This document shows, in pieces, positions 21,127 to 31,376 of a stretch of DNA of 64,000 bases. This DNA is from Candidatus Pacebacteria bacterium CG_4_9_14_0_2_um_filter_40_15 (lineage in GTDB: Bacteria; Patescibacteriota; Microgenomatia; UBA1400; PJMF01). The stretch covers positions 314,635 through 378,634 of the forward strand of contig PFRS01000005.1 of the NCBI GenBank assembly GCA_002788675.1, given 5' to 3'. The notes below the pieces were generated by a model. The model did not search any database. It was given only the letters and a program-made list of their open reading frames with translations, and was not told where the DNA came from. Each line of letters begins with the position of its first letter. Within the stretch, counting starts at the first letter, position 1. Position numbers and translations under genes: made by a program.

Positions 21127-21522
21127 TTATAAAACAATTTCAGTCGTGCTCAGCTGTTGCAGCTTTTGGAGCAACTCTTCTTTTGAGTATGAGGATGTGG
21201 ATATCTTTTGGTTCTCAAAAGTTCTGAGCCCTTCAATAATTCTGCGAGCATAAATTGCTTCACTTTGGCGCAGATTTCTAATTTCAATTTCGTTCTCTTC
21301 ATAGGTTTTCGAAATAATAACCAGCTGTGAAAAAAAGAGTGAGGTATTGATAAGCACGTTTGAAATATTTCGTATATCAACGCTATACACTTGTGAAGTA
21401 AAAAGTTCTCTAGTAACAATATTGACTCTACCTTCTTCGATCACCAAGGTGTCTGGAAAGAGGTCGATGGGAAACGCGTGAGAGGAAATACTGTATAAAA
21501 TACGATTCGATTTTTTCACCAA
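21127..21522 (-). CDS. Hypothetical protein (bacterial PH-like); start uncertain
   Basis: Frame stays open for about 27 more codons upstream without ATG; beta-rich PH-like pattern. Confidence 0.6.
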   Translation of the reverse strand: MVKKSNRILYSISSHAFPIDLFPDTLVIEEGRVNIVTRELFTSQVYSVDIRNISNVLINTSLFFSQLVIISKTYEENEIEIRNLRQSEAIYARRIIEGLRTFENQKISTSSYSKEELLQKLQQLSTTEIVL

Positions 21523-21637
21523 ATTAGCAACAAGGATGTTATCAGCTATCTTTTTTTGTAAAATTTGGTCTGCTTTTGATGGTATTTTTTTTGGTATAGA
21601 TCCTTAGTAGAGTGATACGATGTTAGGTAGTAATTAA

Positions 21638-22042
21638 TTATTCTGTAGTGACATCACTTGGTGATATTGGATAGACAAGATCTAGCAATCGAACGAGACC
21701 CCATGCAGCGCAGAAATAAACAACACCTGCTATAAGCGTTGGCCATTCGAACACATAGTTTCCTGATACAAATATTCCTAAGATTCCTCTAAAGGGGAGT
21801 GCTAATGGATCTGTAATTCCATATATAAAACTGGTAAATGTCGAAGATTGATAGGCACCAATCATTTTTAGAACAACTCTAAATGCAAGTAGCACTTCGA
21901 ATATTCCTAGCACATACCAAATAACTTGATTAATTCTAAGAATAGTTTTTTTCTTTTCAAAGGTTTTTTGTGGAGATTGCCCTCTGGCAGGTTGTTGTGA
22001 TTTCTTAATTGTTACTTCTCGATTTGTAATTGATTCACTCAT
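21638..22042 (-). CDS. YggT-like membrane protein
   Basis: LLAFRVVLKMIGA...FIYGITDPLALPF. Confidence 0.7.
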   Translation of the reverse strand: MSESITNREVTIKKSQQPARGQSPQKTFEKKKTILRINQVIWYVLGIFEVLLAFRVVLKMIGAYQSSTFTSFIYGITDPLALPFRGILGIFVSGNYVFEWPTLIAGVVYFCAAWGLVRLLDLVYPISPSDVTTE

Positions 22043-22211
22043 CTAAGATGGTTACTTTCTTGATTATCGTTTCTTTAGGAAGGTACTGCAATAAGGCTTT
22101 TTCAACTAAGGCCGTTAAGGTCATCTCCTCGAAAATTGCTTCGGCCTTGGCATGCTTTAATATCGCCTTATTTAAAAAAAGTGTCACTCTTTGAGTGTCA
22201 TTTGTTGCCAT
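22035..22211 (-). CDS. Small ribbon-helix-helix-like protein
   Basis: RVTLFLNKAILKHAKAEA...LTALVEKAL; likely start is MATND. Confidence 0.6.
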   Translation of the reverse strand: MATNDTQRVTLFLNKAILKHAKAEAIFEEMTLTALVEKALLQYLPKETIIKKVTILDE

Positions 22212-22356
22212 ACTTGTAATAGTACAGGTATTTGAAGTAGTTGTCAACATGACACCACTTCAGAGACATGGCAATTAACTAACAACTCATTTTTTAAAAA
22301 AAAACCAGATACACACCGTTATAGTAAGAACAGCTACATACTTGTATACTGGCAGT

Positions 22357-22719
22357 ATGCAAGAACAAGAGAGACAACCCTCACTACCATTTTTCATGAC
22401 TGAACCTATTGCTGCTCAACAAGCTAAACAAGACCTACTAACAGTGGCTGCTCAGCAAAATGAAACTCAAATTATTGAAGCAGCCACAAGATTTGTAACT
22501 GAACTACAAGCTGAGGCAGAACAAAAATGGCCATCTGCATCAGAAAGAGACGTTTGGTTTTTCTACCAGTTAACTAAAACATACATACAAGCAGGCTTAT
22601 GGGATGCAGCTGTTGAAGCTGTTAATGATTTGCAAATGCTTGCTGCTAATACCACTCTCGGCCCAGCAGATTATAATTCTTTGGAAGATTTTATCATGCA
22701 GAAAACCACGGAAGTGTAA
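22357..22719 (+). CDS. Hypothetical helical protein
   Basis: ORF; TATACT lies 6 nt before ATG 22357. Confidence 0.6.
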   Translation: MQEQERQPSLPFFMTEPIAAQQAKQDLLTVAAQQNETQIIEAATRFVTELQAEAEQKWPSASERDVWFFYQLTKTYIQAGLWDAAVEAVNDLQMLAANTTLGPADYNSLEDFIMQKTTEV

Positions 22720-22723
22720 AAAA

Positions 22724-22751
22724 AAGACCTTCTTGTTACCAAGAAGGTCTT
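22724..22751. terminator. Terminator hairpin between convergent genes
   Basis: AAGACCTTCTTG-ttac-CAAGAAGGTCTT with an A-run on the left. Confidence 0.7.
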
Positions 22752-22776
22752 CTGGTCAAAGTTTGGTAAAATGGCG

Positions 22777-23106
22777 CTAACGAGTCAATAGACCCTCAGC
22801 ACCACCCCACTTTCCTTTAACCCTTTGCCACCAGCATTCTACTGACTGGTCTTGATATGCCAATTTCTGCATAGTGGCTAATATTTCGGCCTGAGCAAAA
22901 ACAACCTTTTGTTGTAATTTGTCCTCATTATCTGTGACCCACCCGGTCACACAAAAAGTCGAGAGTCCTGAGTTTTTACCAAGGACTTTTGTCTCAAAGA
23001 CAACTTCCATACCAAAGGCTTTAGCTGCTTCGGCCTGAACAGCTAGTGCGATTTGATCGGCCTGAGCCGCACAACCACGCTTGTACCGCAACACAAATTC
23101 GGGCAT
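22777..23106 (-). CDS. Hypothetical protein
   Basis: ORF with strong SD GGAGGTG. Confidence 0.65.
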   Translation of the reverse strand: MPEFVLRYKRGCAAQADQIALAVQAEAAKAFGMEVVFETKVLGKNSGLSTFCVTGWVTDNEDKLQQKVVFAQAEILATMQKLAYQDQSVECWWQRVKGKWGGAEGLLTR

Positions 23107-23210
23107 AGTTTCACCTCCAAAGTGAAAAAATTTATGCGGATAAACTTGAGAGATTATATCAATAATATTGATAATTGCAAATACTATGGGTTTTTTTGAT
23201 AAAATTTTTT

Positions 23211-24191
23211 TTAACCAATAACATTAAAAAGTAATCCAATTATTACAATCCCCACAATCGTAATTCCAAAAAATACTGCAAGTAACTGAAAACGCATAAC
23301 CTTTTTAAGGATCAGCGCTTCAGGAATAGAGAGAGTAACCGTAGCCGTCATAAACGCTAACGCGGTTCCTAGTGGAATACCCTTTCCCACTAATGCCTCA
23401 ACAATAGGAATAACCGAAACAGAGTTAGCGTACAGTGGCACACCTAGCAAGACTGCAACTGGAACGCTCCACCAAGTGTTCATACCTAGATACTGTTCAA
23501 TCAGCGTCTGCGGAACATACCCATGAATGATAGCTCCTAAGGCAACTCCTAAAATAATGTAGGGGTACACTTTTTTTGTAATTCCCCAACCATCCTGCCA
23601 CCACAGTTTAATTTTTTGCGATAATTTTAGTTCTTCTCCTTCATTTTCTACTAACATTTGTGCGTTATTCTTGAACTTCAATACTGCGGGGTCTACATAT
23701 TTTTCCATCTTCAACTTTTCAATGAGCATTCCACCTACAATACTTACTACAATTCCCACCAAGTTATACAGGATAGTCATTTTTAAGCCAAAAATTGCAG
23801 GAAATAAAAATAAAGAAGCCTCATTCACCAATGGTGAACTAATCAAGAAGGTAAACGTAACACCCATAGGAATTCCAGCTGAGAGAAACCCAATAAATAA
23901 CGGAATCGACGAGCAAGAACAGAAAGGAGTAACGACTCCTAGCAAAGCTGCAAATAGGTAATCAATGCCGTACCAACGTCTTTTTGTAAGTAAGTCTCGA
24001 ACTTTTTCTATGGGAAAGTAGTAGCGGGTGATTGCCATCAAGTAATTAATGGCTACTAACAGAATGCCAATTTTTAGTACATCATAAATAAAAAAATTAC
24101 TCGCATTCCCCAAGTAACTATCTGGAGCAATTTTAAGCCAATTAAAAGTAACAGTATCGGCAAAAACCTGAATTGGACTAAATATGTCCAT
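23211..24191 (-). CDS. ArsP/DUF318 permease
   Basis: TPFCSCSSIP, SPLVNE, GVPLY and LSIPE. Confidence 0.9.
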   Translation of the reverse strand: MDIFSPIQVFADTVTFNWLKIAPDSYLGNASNFFIYDVLKIGILLVAINYLMAITRYYFPIEKVRDLLTKRRWYGIDYLFAALLGVVTPFCSCSSIPLFIGFLSAGIPMGVTFTFLISSPLVNEASLFLFPAIFGLKMTILYNLVGIVVSIVGGMLIEKLKMEKYVDPAVLKFKNNAQMLVENEGEELKLSQKIKLWWQDGWGITKKVYPYIILGVALGAIIHGYVPQTLIEQYLGMNTWWSVPVAVLLGVPLYANSVSVIPIVEALVGKGIPLGTALAFMTATVTLSIPEALILKKVMRFQLLAVFFGITIVGIVIIGLLFNVIG

Positions 24192-24426
24192 AGATTTTTT
24201 CCTTGACTATATCTTTATTAGCGTTGAAACCCACCATAACTACTTTGCCATCGACTACCAAAATTGGACTACTCATTGCCCCCATGCTGATAATTTTTTG
24301 TATTCCCTCTGGACCTGACAGATACTCGACCTCGTCATCTGAATGTAATTCAAAAACAATAGTCTTAACCATCTGATGTAACTTCTGACAGGTATGACAC
24401 CCTGAACCAACAACTTGAATTTTCAA
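24178..24426 (-). CDS. Small redox-active disulfide protein (thioredoxin-like)
   Basis: IQVVGSGCHTC...MSSPILVVDG. Confidence 0.85.
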   Translation of the reverse strand: MKIQVVGSGCHTCQKLHQMVKTIVFELHSDDEVEYLSGPEGIQKIISMGAMSSPILVVDGKVVMVGFNANKDIVKEKIYGHI

Positions 24427-24437
24427 ACTATTTCTTT

Positions 24438-24746
24438 CTAAATACTAAATACTTGTGCAACTATTTGCTTGCCGTTTTGAGTAAGGGAATAATGCACGTT
24501 TAATCCTGATTTTTTTCCTATAATGAGGCCTGCTTTTCGCAGATCTGCTAGGTGATGAGATAGTAAACTTTGTGATAATTGAATATGTTCAGAAAACTCA
24601 CACACACAGTGCGAGCCACTGCTTAGGATACATAAGATTTTTAGCCTGTTTGGCTCGGCGACTAATTTTAGGAGAGATGTTATCTTTTCAATATGCTCAA
24701 ACTTTGAGTCACTTGACTGGCAGCAACTATATGAAATCATATTCAT
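24438..24746 (-). CDS. arsR: ArsR family repressor
   Basis: HCVCE motif and SQSLLSHHLADLRKAGL. Confidence 0.85.
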   Translation of the reverse strand: MNMISYSCCQSSDSKFEHIEKITSLLKLVAEPNRLKILCILSSGSHCVCEFSEHIQLSQSLLSHHLADLRKAGLIIGKKSGLNVHYSLTQNGKQIVAQVFSI

Positions 24747-24749
24747 ATA
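24728..24749. promoter_or_regulatory. Putative ArsR operator
   Basis: TATATGAA-atcata-TTCATATA, an 8-6-8 inverted repeat over the start codon. Confidence 0.6.
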
Positions 24750-24803
24750 CTATCATTATTTCTATGAAATTAAAGCATACAAAGTCATTTGAAGTTTCAA
24801 CAA

Positions 24804-25247
24804 TTACAATAAGTTAAACAATTCATCAATAGTCCATATACCAGTAGGAACATCCTTCTCCAGAACTATTCGACCTTCTTTTAGAGCAGTATTAATATCA
24901 CCCCAATTTATCTCTAAGCTACCAAAGGAATCATCACCCTCACTATCCATCGTCCAAGCAGTGCCATCAAATGAAACATTCCATTTAGCAAACAAATCTC
25001 TAAGTTGTTGAAGTTGATCTTCATCAACCATCACATCGTATATAGTTTCAGAATAATCTAACTCATCACCATAAGCATCTGTGATAGCAATAAGATTTCC
25101 AGTCATGTCATCAATCTTAGCATTTAACTGAAGTATTTTCCCTGGGATGAGTTCAAAATCAATTCTTTTTTTTGAAATTGTTTCGTTTCCCGCCAAATCT
25201 TCTTGCATTCTTAGTCTCCTCTGTTTTTTATTACTTTTTACAGTCAA
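24804..25247 (-). CDS. Hypothetical acidic protein
   Basis: ORF coupled to the upstream lipoprotein gene. Confidence 0.6.
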   Translation of the reverse strand: MTVKSNKKQRRLRMQEDLAGNETISKKRIDFELIPGKILQLNAKIDDMTGNLIAITDAYGDELDYSETIYDVMVDEDQLQQLRDLFAKWNVSFDGTAWTMDSEGDDSFGSLEINWGDINTALKEGRIVLEKDVPTGIWTIDELFNLL

Positions 25248-25249
25248 TG

Positions 25250-25873
25250 TTATTGGCCGTCTTTAAACTGCTCCATCATTTTTTGCAACTGCTCTTGGTC
25301 TCCAACATTCATTTCCTGTTTTTGCTGTGTGAAGGCGCTCAAATCAGTGAATGTTACATCTGCTGGAGGGGTGAAGACAGCATCATCAACAGATGTTACT
25401 TCACACACAATTGTGTACCCTTGGTTCTGATATTGATCCCAAGCATCCTTGCTGGAAAAGTCGGGAGCTTCTTGTTCTGGAGCATCTGCCTCATCAGCCA
25501 TATTTTCAGGTGCATTTACCGCAAATTTCATCCCTTTTTTTGTATCTTCACTCCAAGAGTAACCATACTCTCCATCGGATATGAACGAACCATTTGTAGT
25601 AGTAGCATCATCAGAGCTAACCGTCTCAAAACGAACTTTTTGTTCTTTCATGAAGTATCTACTTGAAATACCGTTTTCTGTATCTGTCATTTCGCAGCTT
25701 ACAGCTTGCCCATTTTCTAGTGCTTTACCAACTTTTTGCCACTCAGAAATACTTTCTTCAACGGGTTGATCAGCAGAGATTACTGCCTTTTCTGTTGGCT
25801 GTTCTTTGGTGGTGCAACCTGCAATGCCAACTGCGCTCATTAGTACTAGTGCTAAAAAGATACTTTTTTTCAT
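25250..25873 (-). CDS. Hypothetical lipoprotein
   Basis: Lipobox IAGC; GGAG SD. Confidence 0.75.
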   Translation of the reverse strand: MKKSIFLALVLMSAVGIAGCTTKEQPTEKAVISADQPVEESISEWQKVGKALENGQAVSCEMTDTENGISSRYFMKEQKVRFETVSSDDATTTNGSFISDGEYGYSWSEDTKKGMKFAVNAPENMADEADAPEQEAPDFSSKDAWDQYQNQGYTIVCEVTSVDDAVFTPPADVTFTDLSAFTQQKQEMNVGDQEQLQKMMEQFKDGQ

Positions 25874-25884
25874 ATGTCTCCTTA

Positions 25885-26466
25885 CTAAGCAGTATACATA
25901 ACTACATGCTCAAATTCATTAAGAACTAAAACCGGCAAATCAGATCTTTCATGCAGTAGCTTTAGTTTTATTTCTTTATGATCTTCTTTATCCCAATGAC
26001 ACAACGCTTGAATGGGCAGTAGTCCCAAGCCATCGTGCACTGTCTTTGAATCTTGGCTATCAAAGGATAATACATAGTGCTCAGCTGCAAAAAACATTCC
26101 CATTGAACTACCTGCAAAAACTTTTCCAACTAGCTTTTCCTTAATCGGGGCTAAATCAACATAGAGCGGCTCAATGTACTCAGCTTCCCCTCCAGCTATG
26201 TAGAGAACATCTGATCTGTCCAATTTGCTAAGTAAGTCTTCAGGAGTTTGCGCAACAAGAATCGTGACCTCTTTACTTGAATGTTTTACGATACTTTCAG
26301 AATCTCTTTGCACAAGTGCATCCCACTCGCCTTTTTCTCGAGAAAAATAACACAGAAGAACGGTTACCCTTTTACTAGCAACAAGTTGAGTGAACTGAGC
26401 AAAAAACGCATTGTTTTGTGCGTTTTGTGTTGAAGTCTTACCACCATGTAAAAGGTATGTAGTCAT
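25885..26466 (-). CDS. Peptidase S51 / type 1 glutamine amidotransferase-like protein
   Basis: LYIAGG, AGSSMG and GLGLLP...CHW. Confidence 0.8.
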   Translation of the reverse strand: MTTYLLHGGKTSTQNAQNNAFFAQFTQLVASKRVTVLLCYFSREKGEWDALVQRDSESIVKHSSKEVTILVAQTPEDLLSKLDRSDVLYIAGGEAEYIEPLYVDLAPIKEKLVGKVFAGSSMGMFFAAEHYVLSFDSQDSKTVHDGLGLLPIQALCHWDKEDHKEIKLKLLHERSDLPVLVLNEFEHVVMYTA

Positions 26467-26515
26467 ACTGTGAGTATATCAGATGAACTATTATCAGCTT
26501 GATCCCAGTAGAGTC

Positions 26516-26806
26516 TTAGTAATCTAGCTCAGGATCATCAGTTGGCTTACTGCCCCAGCGCCATTTGGGAGGAGGACCCATTTTGTATGATGTACCCACT
26601 AAAACACTTACTGAAATGATTGTGAGTAGTATAAAATTTCTTACTTCAGGTGTCAGGGTATTATTTTCAACATCTTTCAAGAATATCAAGCCATAAAAGA
26701 TTGGCAACATACATACTATAACTGTTACATGACCCTGCCAGGAACTCGGCATCCAACCATACCCATAGCGTCGTCTTTTAAACCAATATCTTTGCTTTTT
26801 TATCAT
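26516..26806 (-). CDS. Hypothetical 2-TM protein
   Basis: WFKRRRYGYGWMPSSWQG...PKWRWG. Confidence 0.7.
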   Translation of the reverse strand: MIKKQRYWFKRRRYGYGWMPSSWQGHVTVIVCMLPIFYGLIFLKDVENNTLTPEVRNFILLTIISVSVLVGTSYKMGPPPKWRWGSKPTDDPELDY

Positions 26807-26813
26807 TTCTTAA

Positions 26814-27299
26814 CTAATTTTCAATTTCGTATATATCAATTTCAGATTTTTCCTCCGATGAAAAACGGATAACTGCAGTTTTCTTAAACCCAAATGAAGT
26901 TCTTTCTACTTTTATGTTTTTAGGCTGAGCATCTGATTTTTTTACATCCTTAAAAAGTTCTTCGAACTCGGCAGTCAGTCTAGCTAAAAATCTGGGTTTG
27001 GTATCACCACCTGGCATTAATTGATATCCCACTTCCTGAATTTGCCCTAACATTTCATCAGTAAGAAACGTCTTCGCACCAGAGTTAGATGGAATATGGA
27101 CAATCATCATAAGAAATGAATTATCTGCTTTGCTTTTACCCCAAATAGGCACCGCAATACAATCAATAATTTCTTTTGTTGATACTCCCTCATATCTTTC
27201 ATCAGCTGCAAACACTATCTCCACTCCACCTGCTCTTGAAACTTCCTTAGTTTTTTCCAAAGCTATAGCCATATGTTCATATCTTGAAACTGTTTCCAT
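26814..27299 (-). CDS. Hypothetical protein
   Basis: ORF only. Confidence 0.55.
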   Translation of the reverse strand: METVSRYEHMAIALEKTKEVSRAGGVEIVFAADERYEGVSTKEIIDCIAVPIWGKSKADNSFLMMIVHIPSNSGAKTFLTDEMLGQIQEVGYQLMPGGDTKPRFLARLTAEFEELFKDVKKSDAQPKNIKVERTSFGFKKTAVIRFSSEEKSEIDIYEIEN

Positions 27300-27501
27300 A
27301 GAATCGTTCTATCCTGTTTTATTTGTAGTGCCCATTTGACGAGCATTCTGTAACACATCATCGTCTGACACAGGGCTTTGGCTAGATCCTACCGTAGAAT
27401 CTACGCTCATTTGGTGTCTCAATCAAGGTGTTAAATAGAGTATTATCTGTAGACATTGTAATCAGAATTGCACCAGGTTCCATGTTCCCATATGTGTGTT
27501 T

Positions 27502-28263
27502 TTATATTGGATCAGGCTCAAATTCCCCACCCATTCCGGAACATTGCATGTTTGAATATTCTTTTGTACGTATATTCAAGTCCATCTCACAACCAGCCTC
27601 CTGGTGAAAACCAGTAAGTACCTTACAATCTTCATCAGTGCATTGTATTGCCCCGACTATACCGACATTAAATCTAGGCAAGTCGATAGACTCTAAATAG
27701 AAGAAGTGACTGAGTGCCTCAGTAACATTTCCCTCTTTTTTTTCTACCTGATAACGATACCTGTCAATTTTATTCGTTTGACCATTCACTACCCAAACTT
27801 CATTACCAACTATTTCAAAAAGGCGATCCTCAGCATAAATTGGACTTGAAACAGAAAAAATGTGAGGGCGAAACTCACCTGCATCCAACTCAAGAGCAAA
27901 TACACCACTATTTGAATCCTCTGATAAATAATCACTCAACCTAAAAGCTCTTATTTTTCCACCATCGATATCTTTTTCCAGTAACAACCTTTGTTCGTCT
28001 TCTTTTTCAGCTTCACGATTCTGGGGTGACACTACGGGTGTTGCTAAAGGTGTCATATTAGGTAACACCACCATTTGTTGGCTTTGTTCTTGTGATGCTG
28101 TAAAAGTACTTAAAAAATAACCACCAACTACACCTATCACTAAAGTCAGAGCTATCAGAAATACTGGTACTGCTCTACTTGAAGGATAATTTTTGGATGC
28201 ATGCAGACCTAAATCCGATAGTTCTTCAGAAACGGGTAGTTGGGAATTTGTATGCATATTCAT
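27502..28263 (-). CDS. Hypothetical single-TM protein with Cys-containing extracellular domain
   Basis: TM VFLIALTLVIGVVGGYFL; start uncertain. Confidence 0.6.
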   Translation of the reverse strand: MNMHTNSQLPVSEELSDLGLHASKNYPSSRAVPVFLIALTLVIGVVGGYFLSTFTASQEQSQQMVVLPNMTPLATPVVSPQNREAEKEDEQRLLLEKDIDGGKIRAFRLSDYLSEDSNSGVFALELDAGEFRPHIFSVSSPIYAEDRLFEIVGNEVWVVNGQTNKIDRYRYQVEKKEGNVTEALSHFFYLESIDLPRFNVGIVGAIQCTDEDCKVLTGFHQEAGCEMDLNIRTKEYSNMQCSGMGGEFEPDPI

Positions 28264-28356
28264 GAGTGTAACAAAAATGAATGTAGAAAAACACCAGAAC
28301 ATACGCTCAGAAATTAGAACGAGTCTAGAAACTATTTCAAAATAAAACTAAAAAAA

Positions 28357-28545
28357 TTAGTAAGCTTTTGTCGCGCCGTCTGCAATTGCTTTTTCAGCAT
28401 TTGCTTTAGACATCATTGCACAAACTGTTGTTCCACACGTGTGCTTTCCTTTAGCCATGAAACCACCTTTTGCAGTTTGGTGAATAGCTGGTGCTGACAA
28501 TTCAACGCCTTTTTCTTTACATTTAACGCAGTATCCTGTGACCAT
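28357..28545 (-). CDS. DUF5679-like zinc-ribbon protein
   Basis: YCVKCK...KGKHTCGT. Confidence 0.75.
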   Translation of the reverse strand: MVTGYCVKCKEKGVELSAPAIHQTAKGGFMAKGKHTCGTTVCAMMSKANAEKAIADGATKAY

Positions 28546-28702
28546 GACTGTCTCCCTATAAATTATATCTTGGTACATTGTACAGCCATTTTATGATGAT
28601 GCATACCTTAAAGATAAAAGCAGACCAATCTACTGTTTTTTTCGGTGGCAAATTCAAAATTTTGTATCAGAAAATATAAAACGTAAGCTCATAATTCGCA
28701 TC

Positions 28703-29155
28703 TTACAAATAATCATCGATCTTAATTTTCTTTTGCTGCATCAATATCTGAAATGAGTTTGGTCTCTGCATGAGTTCTTCTATATTTTCAGGAACAATTT
28801 GCCAACTCAAACCGTATGTATCTTTACACCAACCACACTGCTCAGAATCAGGATGTGCAGAAAGTTTACTCCAATAGTAATCTATCTCTGATTGGTCTTT
28901 ACAAAACACAGCAAAAGATACCGCTTCAGTAAATTTGAATTCGTCACCTGCATTTATAGCGGTAAAGGCCTGACCATTTAATTCAAAATCGATTGTTAAC
29001 ACCTTACCCGCAAATTCCTTTTGAAAATCTGCTAGGCCTTCTTCAGGATAGTAAACAGTACTAATAACTTTACTATCCTTAAAAACTGATGTGTAAAATT
29101 CTACGGCTTCTTGAGCATTTCTTGAAAACCACAAGTTGGGAATAATTTTTTTCAT
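28703..29155 (-). CDS. VOC family PhnB-like protein
   Basis: IIPNLWF, EIDYYW and CGWCKDTYGLSWQIVP. Confidence 0.9.
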   Translation of the reverse strand: MKKIIPNLWFSRNAQEAVEFYTSVFKDSKVISTVYYPEEGLADFQKEFAGKVLTIDFELNGQAFTAINAGDEFKFTEAVSFAVFCKDQSEIDYYWSKLSAHPDSEQCGWCKDTYGLSWQIVPENIEELMQRPNSFQILMQQKKIKIDDYL

Positions 29156-29177
29156 ACTTTTAACCCTTTCAATGGAT

Positions 29178-29528
29178 TTATTTTCTTAAAATTTTTTCAA
29201 TTGTTTTACCTTTTGCCAACTCATCTATCAACTTATCCAAGAAACGGATCTCTTTCATTAGTGGTTCTTTAATTTCTTGTATTTTTACACCACATATACT
29301 ACCTGTAATCAAAAACCTAGAAGGATTTAATTTTGTTGCTTGTTTAAAAAAAGTCTCGAAGTCTGTTTGTTTTTTTATGTGAGCATCCAGATCATGTTGA
29401 GAGTAACCTGTTAACCAGGTAATAATCTCATCTACTTCTGATTTAGTTCTTCCTTTTTTCTCAACTTTTGCAATATAAAGTGGATACACACTGGCAAAAC
29501 TCATTGTATAAATTCTTTGTGAAGTCAT
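29178..29528 (-). CDS. DUF2200 family protein
   Basis: [18 protein letters not shown]...[11 protein letters not shown]. Confidence 0.88.
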   Translation of the reverse strand: MTSQRIYTMSFASVYPLYIAKVEKKGRTKSEVDEIITWLTGYSQHDLDAHIKKQTDFETFFKQATKLNPSRFLITGSICGVKIQEIKEPLMKEIRFLDKLIDELAKGKTIEKILRK

Positions 29529-29588
29529 AGTATGGTATATCCTTTTTTTGAATTATCAGTTTATAAATAGTTATTCGGCTAGAGCTAT

Positions 29589-29969
29589 TTATGCTTCAAC
29601 TTCAACAACAAAACCACCATATGCCATTTTTTTCATATCAAATGGCATTTGAAAATCTTTGTATTCTGAGGCATTTTCACCCATCTCTTCCATGACTTTA
29701 GCATTAACTTGATCCCGATGTTCTTTTGACTTAAACACTATAAATGAAAACCAAACCGATTCACTGTTTTTTGCGCCTGCCATTTCTGTAAATGAGCGTG
29801 ATTTTTCCTCACCCATTTCTTGTGCAGCCATGTCATCTCCACGACACTCATAATATTCTAATGCACCATGCTTCATCCAGGAATCTCTGCCATCTTCGGC
29901 CATTTTTTTATATTCTTCAGATTTGTCTTTTGGGACTACTAATACGAATCCATCAATATATTTTGACAT
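29589..29969 (-). CDS. DUF1428 family protein
   Basis: YIDGFVLVVP...HRDQVNAKVM...PFDMKKMAYGGF. Confidence 0.88.
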   Translation of the reverse strand: MSKYIDGFVLVVPKDKSEEYKKMAEDGRDSWMKHGALEYYECRGDDMAAQEMGEEKSRSFTEMAGAKNSESVWFSFIVFKSKEHRDQVNAKVMEEMGENASEYKDFQMPFDMKKMAYGGFVVEVEA

Positions 29970-30146
29970 ATTTGCCTTCCGAATAGTTTACTTTTATGAA
30001 AGTATATCAGAAGTTTAAGCGTCCACTGCGTGGTATTACACCTACTTGAAGAAAAAAGTATTGCTGAGTATCTGGAACAATTGTGGTATTATTGGCTCAC
30101 AGCTATAGAGGAAATTAGAAACTGTTTTACCTGAAAAAATTGAAAA

Positions 30147-30428
30147 CTATGATTTGTTTTTCCCAGTGAGAATAAGTGTGTCTGAGGCGTCGTTGTGAAC
30201 TTTTCCACTACCGACATGTTTACTGCTGATTTTTGAACCGTTCTTAATGACATGAAACAATGCCATGCCATGTCCACGACCCAGCTCATACTCATCTTTT
30301 AGCCAAGTAAGTACTTCGCTTGCTTTAGTACTTTTACCAAAACCTTTCAGTTTAGCTTCATCTAAAAGCTGTTGTGGAGTTTTACCTGTTTTTTCTTCAA
30401 TTTTATCTAGGTATGCTTGAAACGACAT
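30147..30428 (-). CDS. DUF4287 family protein
   Basis: MSFQAYLDKIEEKTGKT...WLKDEYELGRGHGMAL. Confidence 0.85.
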   Translation of the reverse strand: MSFQAYLDKIEEKTGKTPQQLLDEAKLKGFGKSTKASEVLTWLKDEYELGRGHGMALFHVIKNGSKISSKHVGSGKVHNDASDTLILTGKNKS

Positions 30429-30530
30429 AGCTCTATTATACGTTAAAAATCTATATTTTCCAAAAAAAAGGTTCTAACCTCTACTTCTGGGTATTATGTT
30501 ATTAAGATATTCTTCTTGAAGTAAAATAAA

Positions 30531-30628
30531 GGGCTCCCCAGAAAGGTTGTACTCGAACTAGGAGGTGGGTTGAAGGTTATTTATTCAAAAATAACAAACT
30601 CATCTTAAAATCTGCGTGTCAATTTTAA
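30531..30628 (+). repeat. Decayed att scar / orphan recombinase C-terminal tail
   Basis: GCTCCCC matches the tRNA-Asn 3' end; ACTCGAAC lies 15 bp after the GCTC core; frameshifted tail LPRKVV/RTRRWVEGYLF...*. Confidence 0.5.
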
Positions 30629-30861
30629 TTCTATAGATTAGTTCGAGACCCATCGGGATCAATAAAAATTACTTGAGATAAAAAATTAAAGGTATTAAAC
30701 CCCAGGGCAAGCCCAGGACCAAATTCCGAGGCAAGCCTCGGGGTATTAACCGCATAAGGAAAAATTAAACTAGGAAAGACCCTTAATATAATATTTAGTA
30801 TTTGATCCCCCCCCACAATAGATCAATCACTCTAAAAGCGTAGGTATTGCTAGTAAAAATT

Positions 30862-31008
30862 TTATAATTTAAACCCTAATAAGCGGGCGATAAATACTAT
30901 TACTGCGATAACCAACAGCAGATGAATCATACCTCCCCCCATTTTTAAACCAAATCCACCTATCCACGAAATGACTAAAATTGCGATAATGATGTCTATT
31001 ATCCCCAT
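30862..31008 (-). CDS. lmo0937/DUF5670-like small membrane protein, 48 aa (not in the ORF track)
   Basis: MGIIDIIIAILVISWIGGFGLKMGGGMIHLLLVIAVIVFIARLLGFKL; AAGGAG SD. Confidence 0.8.
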   Translation of the reverse strand: MGIIDIIIAILVISWIGGFGLKMGGGMIHLLLVIAVIVFIARLLGFKL

Positions 31009-31047
31009 ATTTCTCCTTTTTTTAATTAACTACTAGTTCTAAATAAA

Positions 31048-31344
31048 CTATTTCTTCCAGATCTTTTTTACTTCTTTATTAGATTTTTTTGCAGCATCAG
31101 CTGTTTGTTCTAATTTTGATTTACTATCAGCGACTTGATCATTAGCTGTCTTCATATAAGTTGAAGCCTTTGCTTTTACGTCATCGACAATTTCTTTAAC
31201 CTTTTCTTGATTTTTATTATTTCTCATTGCCACTACTCCTGCAGCAACCACACTAGCGCCGACAACGGCTCCAGTGACAGCAGCGACGACTGTATTTGAA
31301 ACATTCTTTAGGTCATCCGATTTTTTTTGTTTAGTATTAGTCAT
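31048..31344 (-). CDS. YtxH-like general stress protein
   Basis: Hydrophobic AAVTGAVVGA segment plus a Lys/Ala-rich coiled tail. Confidence 0.6.
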   Translation of the reverse strand: MTNTKQKKSDDLKNVSNTVVAAVTGAVVGASVVAAGVVAMRNNKNQEKVKEIVDDVKAKASTYMKTANDQVADSKSKLEQTADAAKKSNKEVKKIWKK

Positions 31345-31376
31345 AATTTTTAACTTTCTTTTCTAATTTATAGTAA

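Noticed and set aside
28301-28335. Possible third att scar (GCTC...GAAC)
   Set aside because: Match is too short and spacing is inconsistent with the 32429 and 30533 sites.
18399-30428. Classical integron cassette array
   Set aside because: No IntI tyrosine recombinase and no recognisable RYYYAAC...GTTRRRY attC palindromes; the recurring AGTATATCAGA is the reverse complement of an extended -10 promoter.
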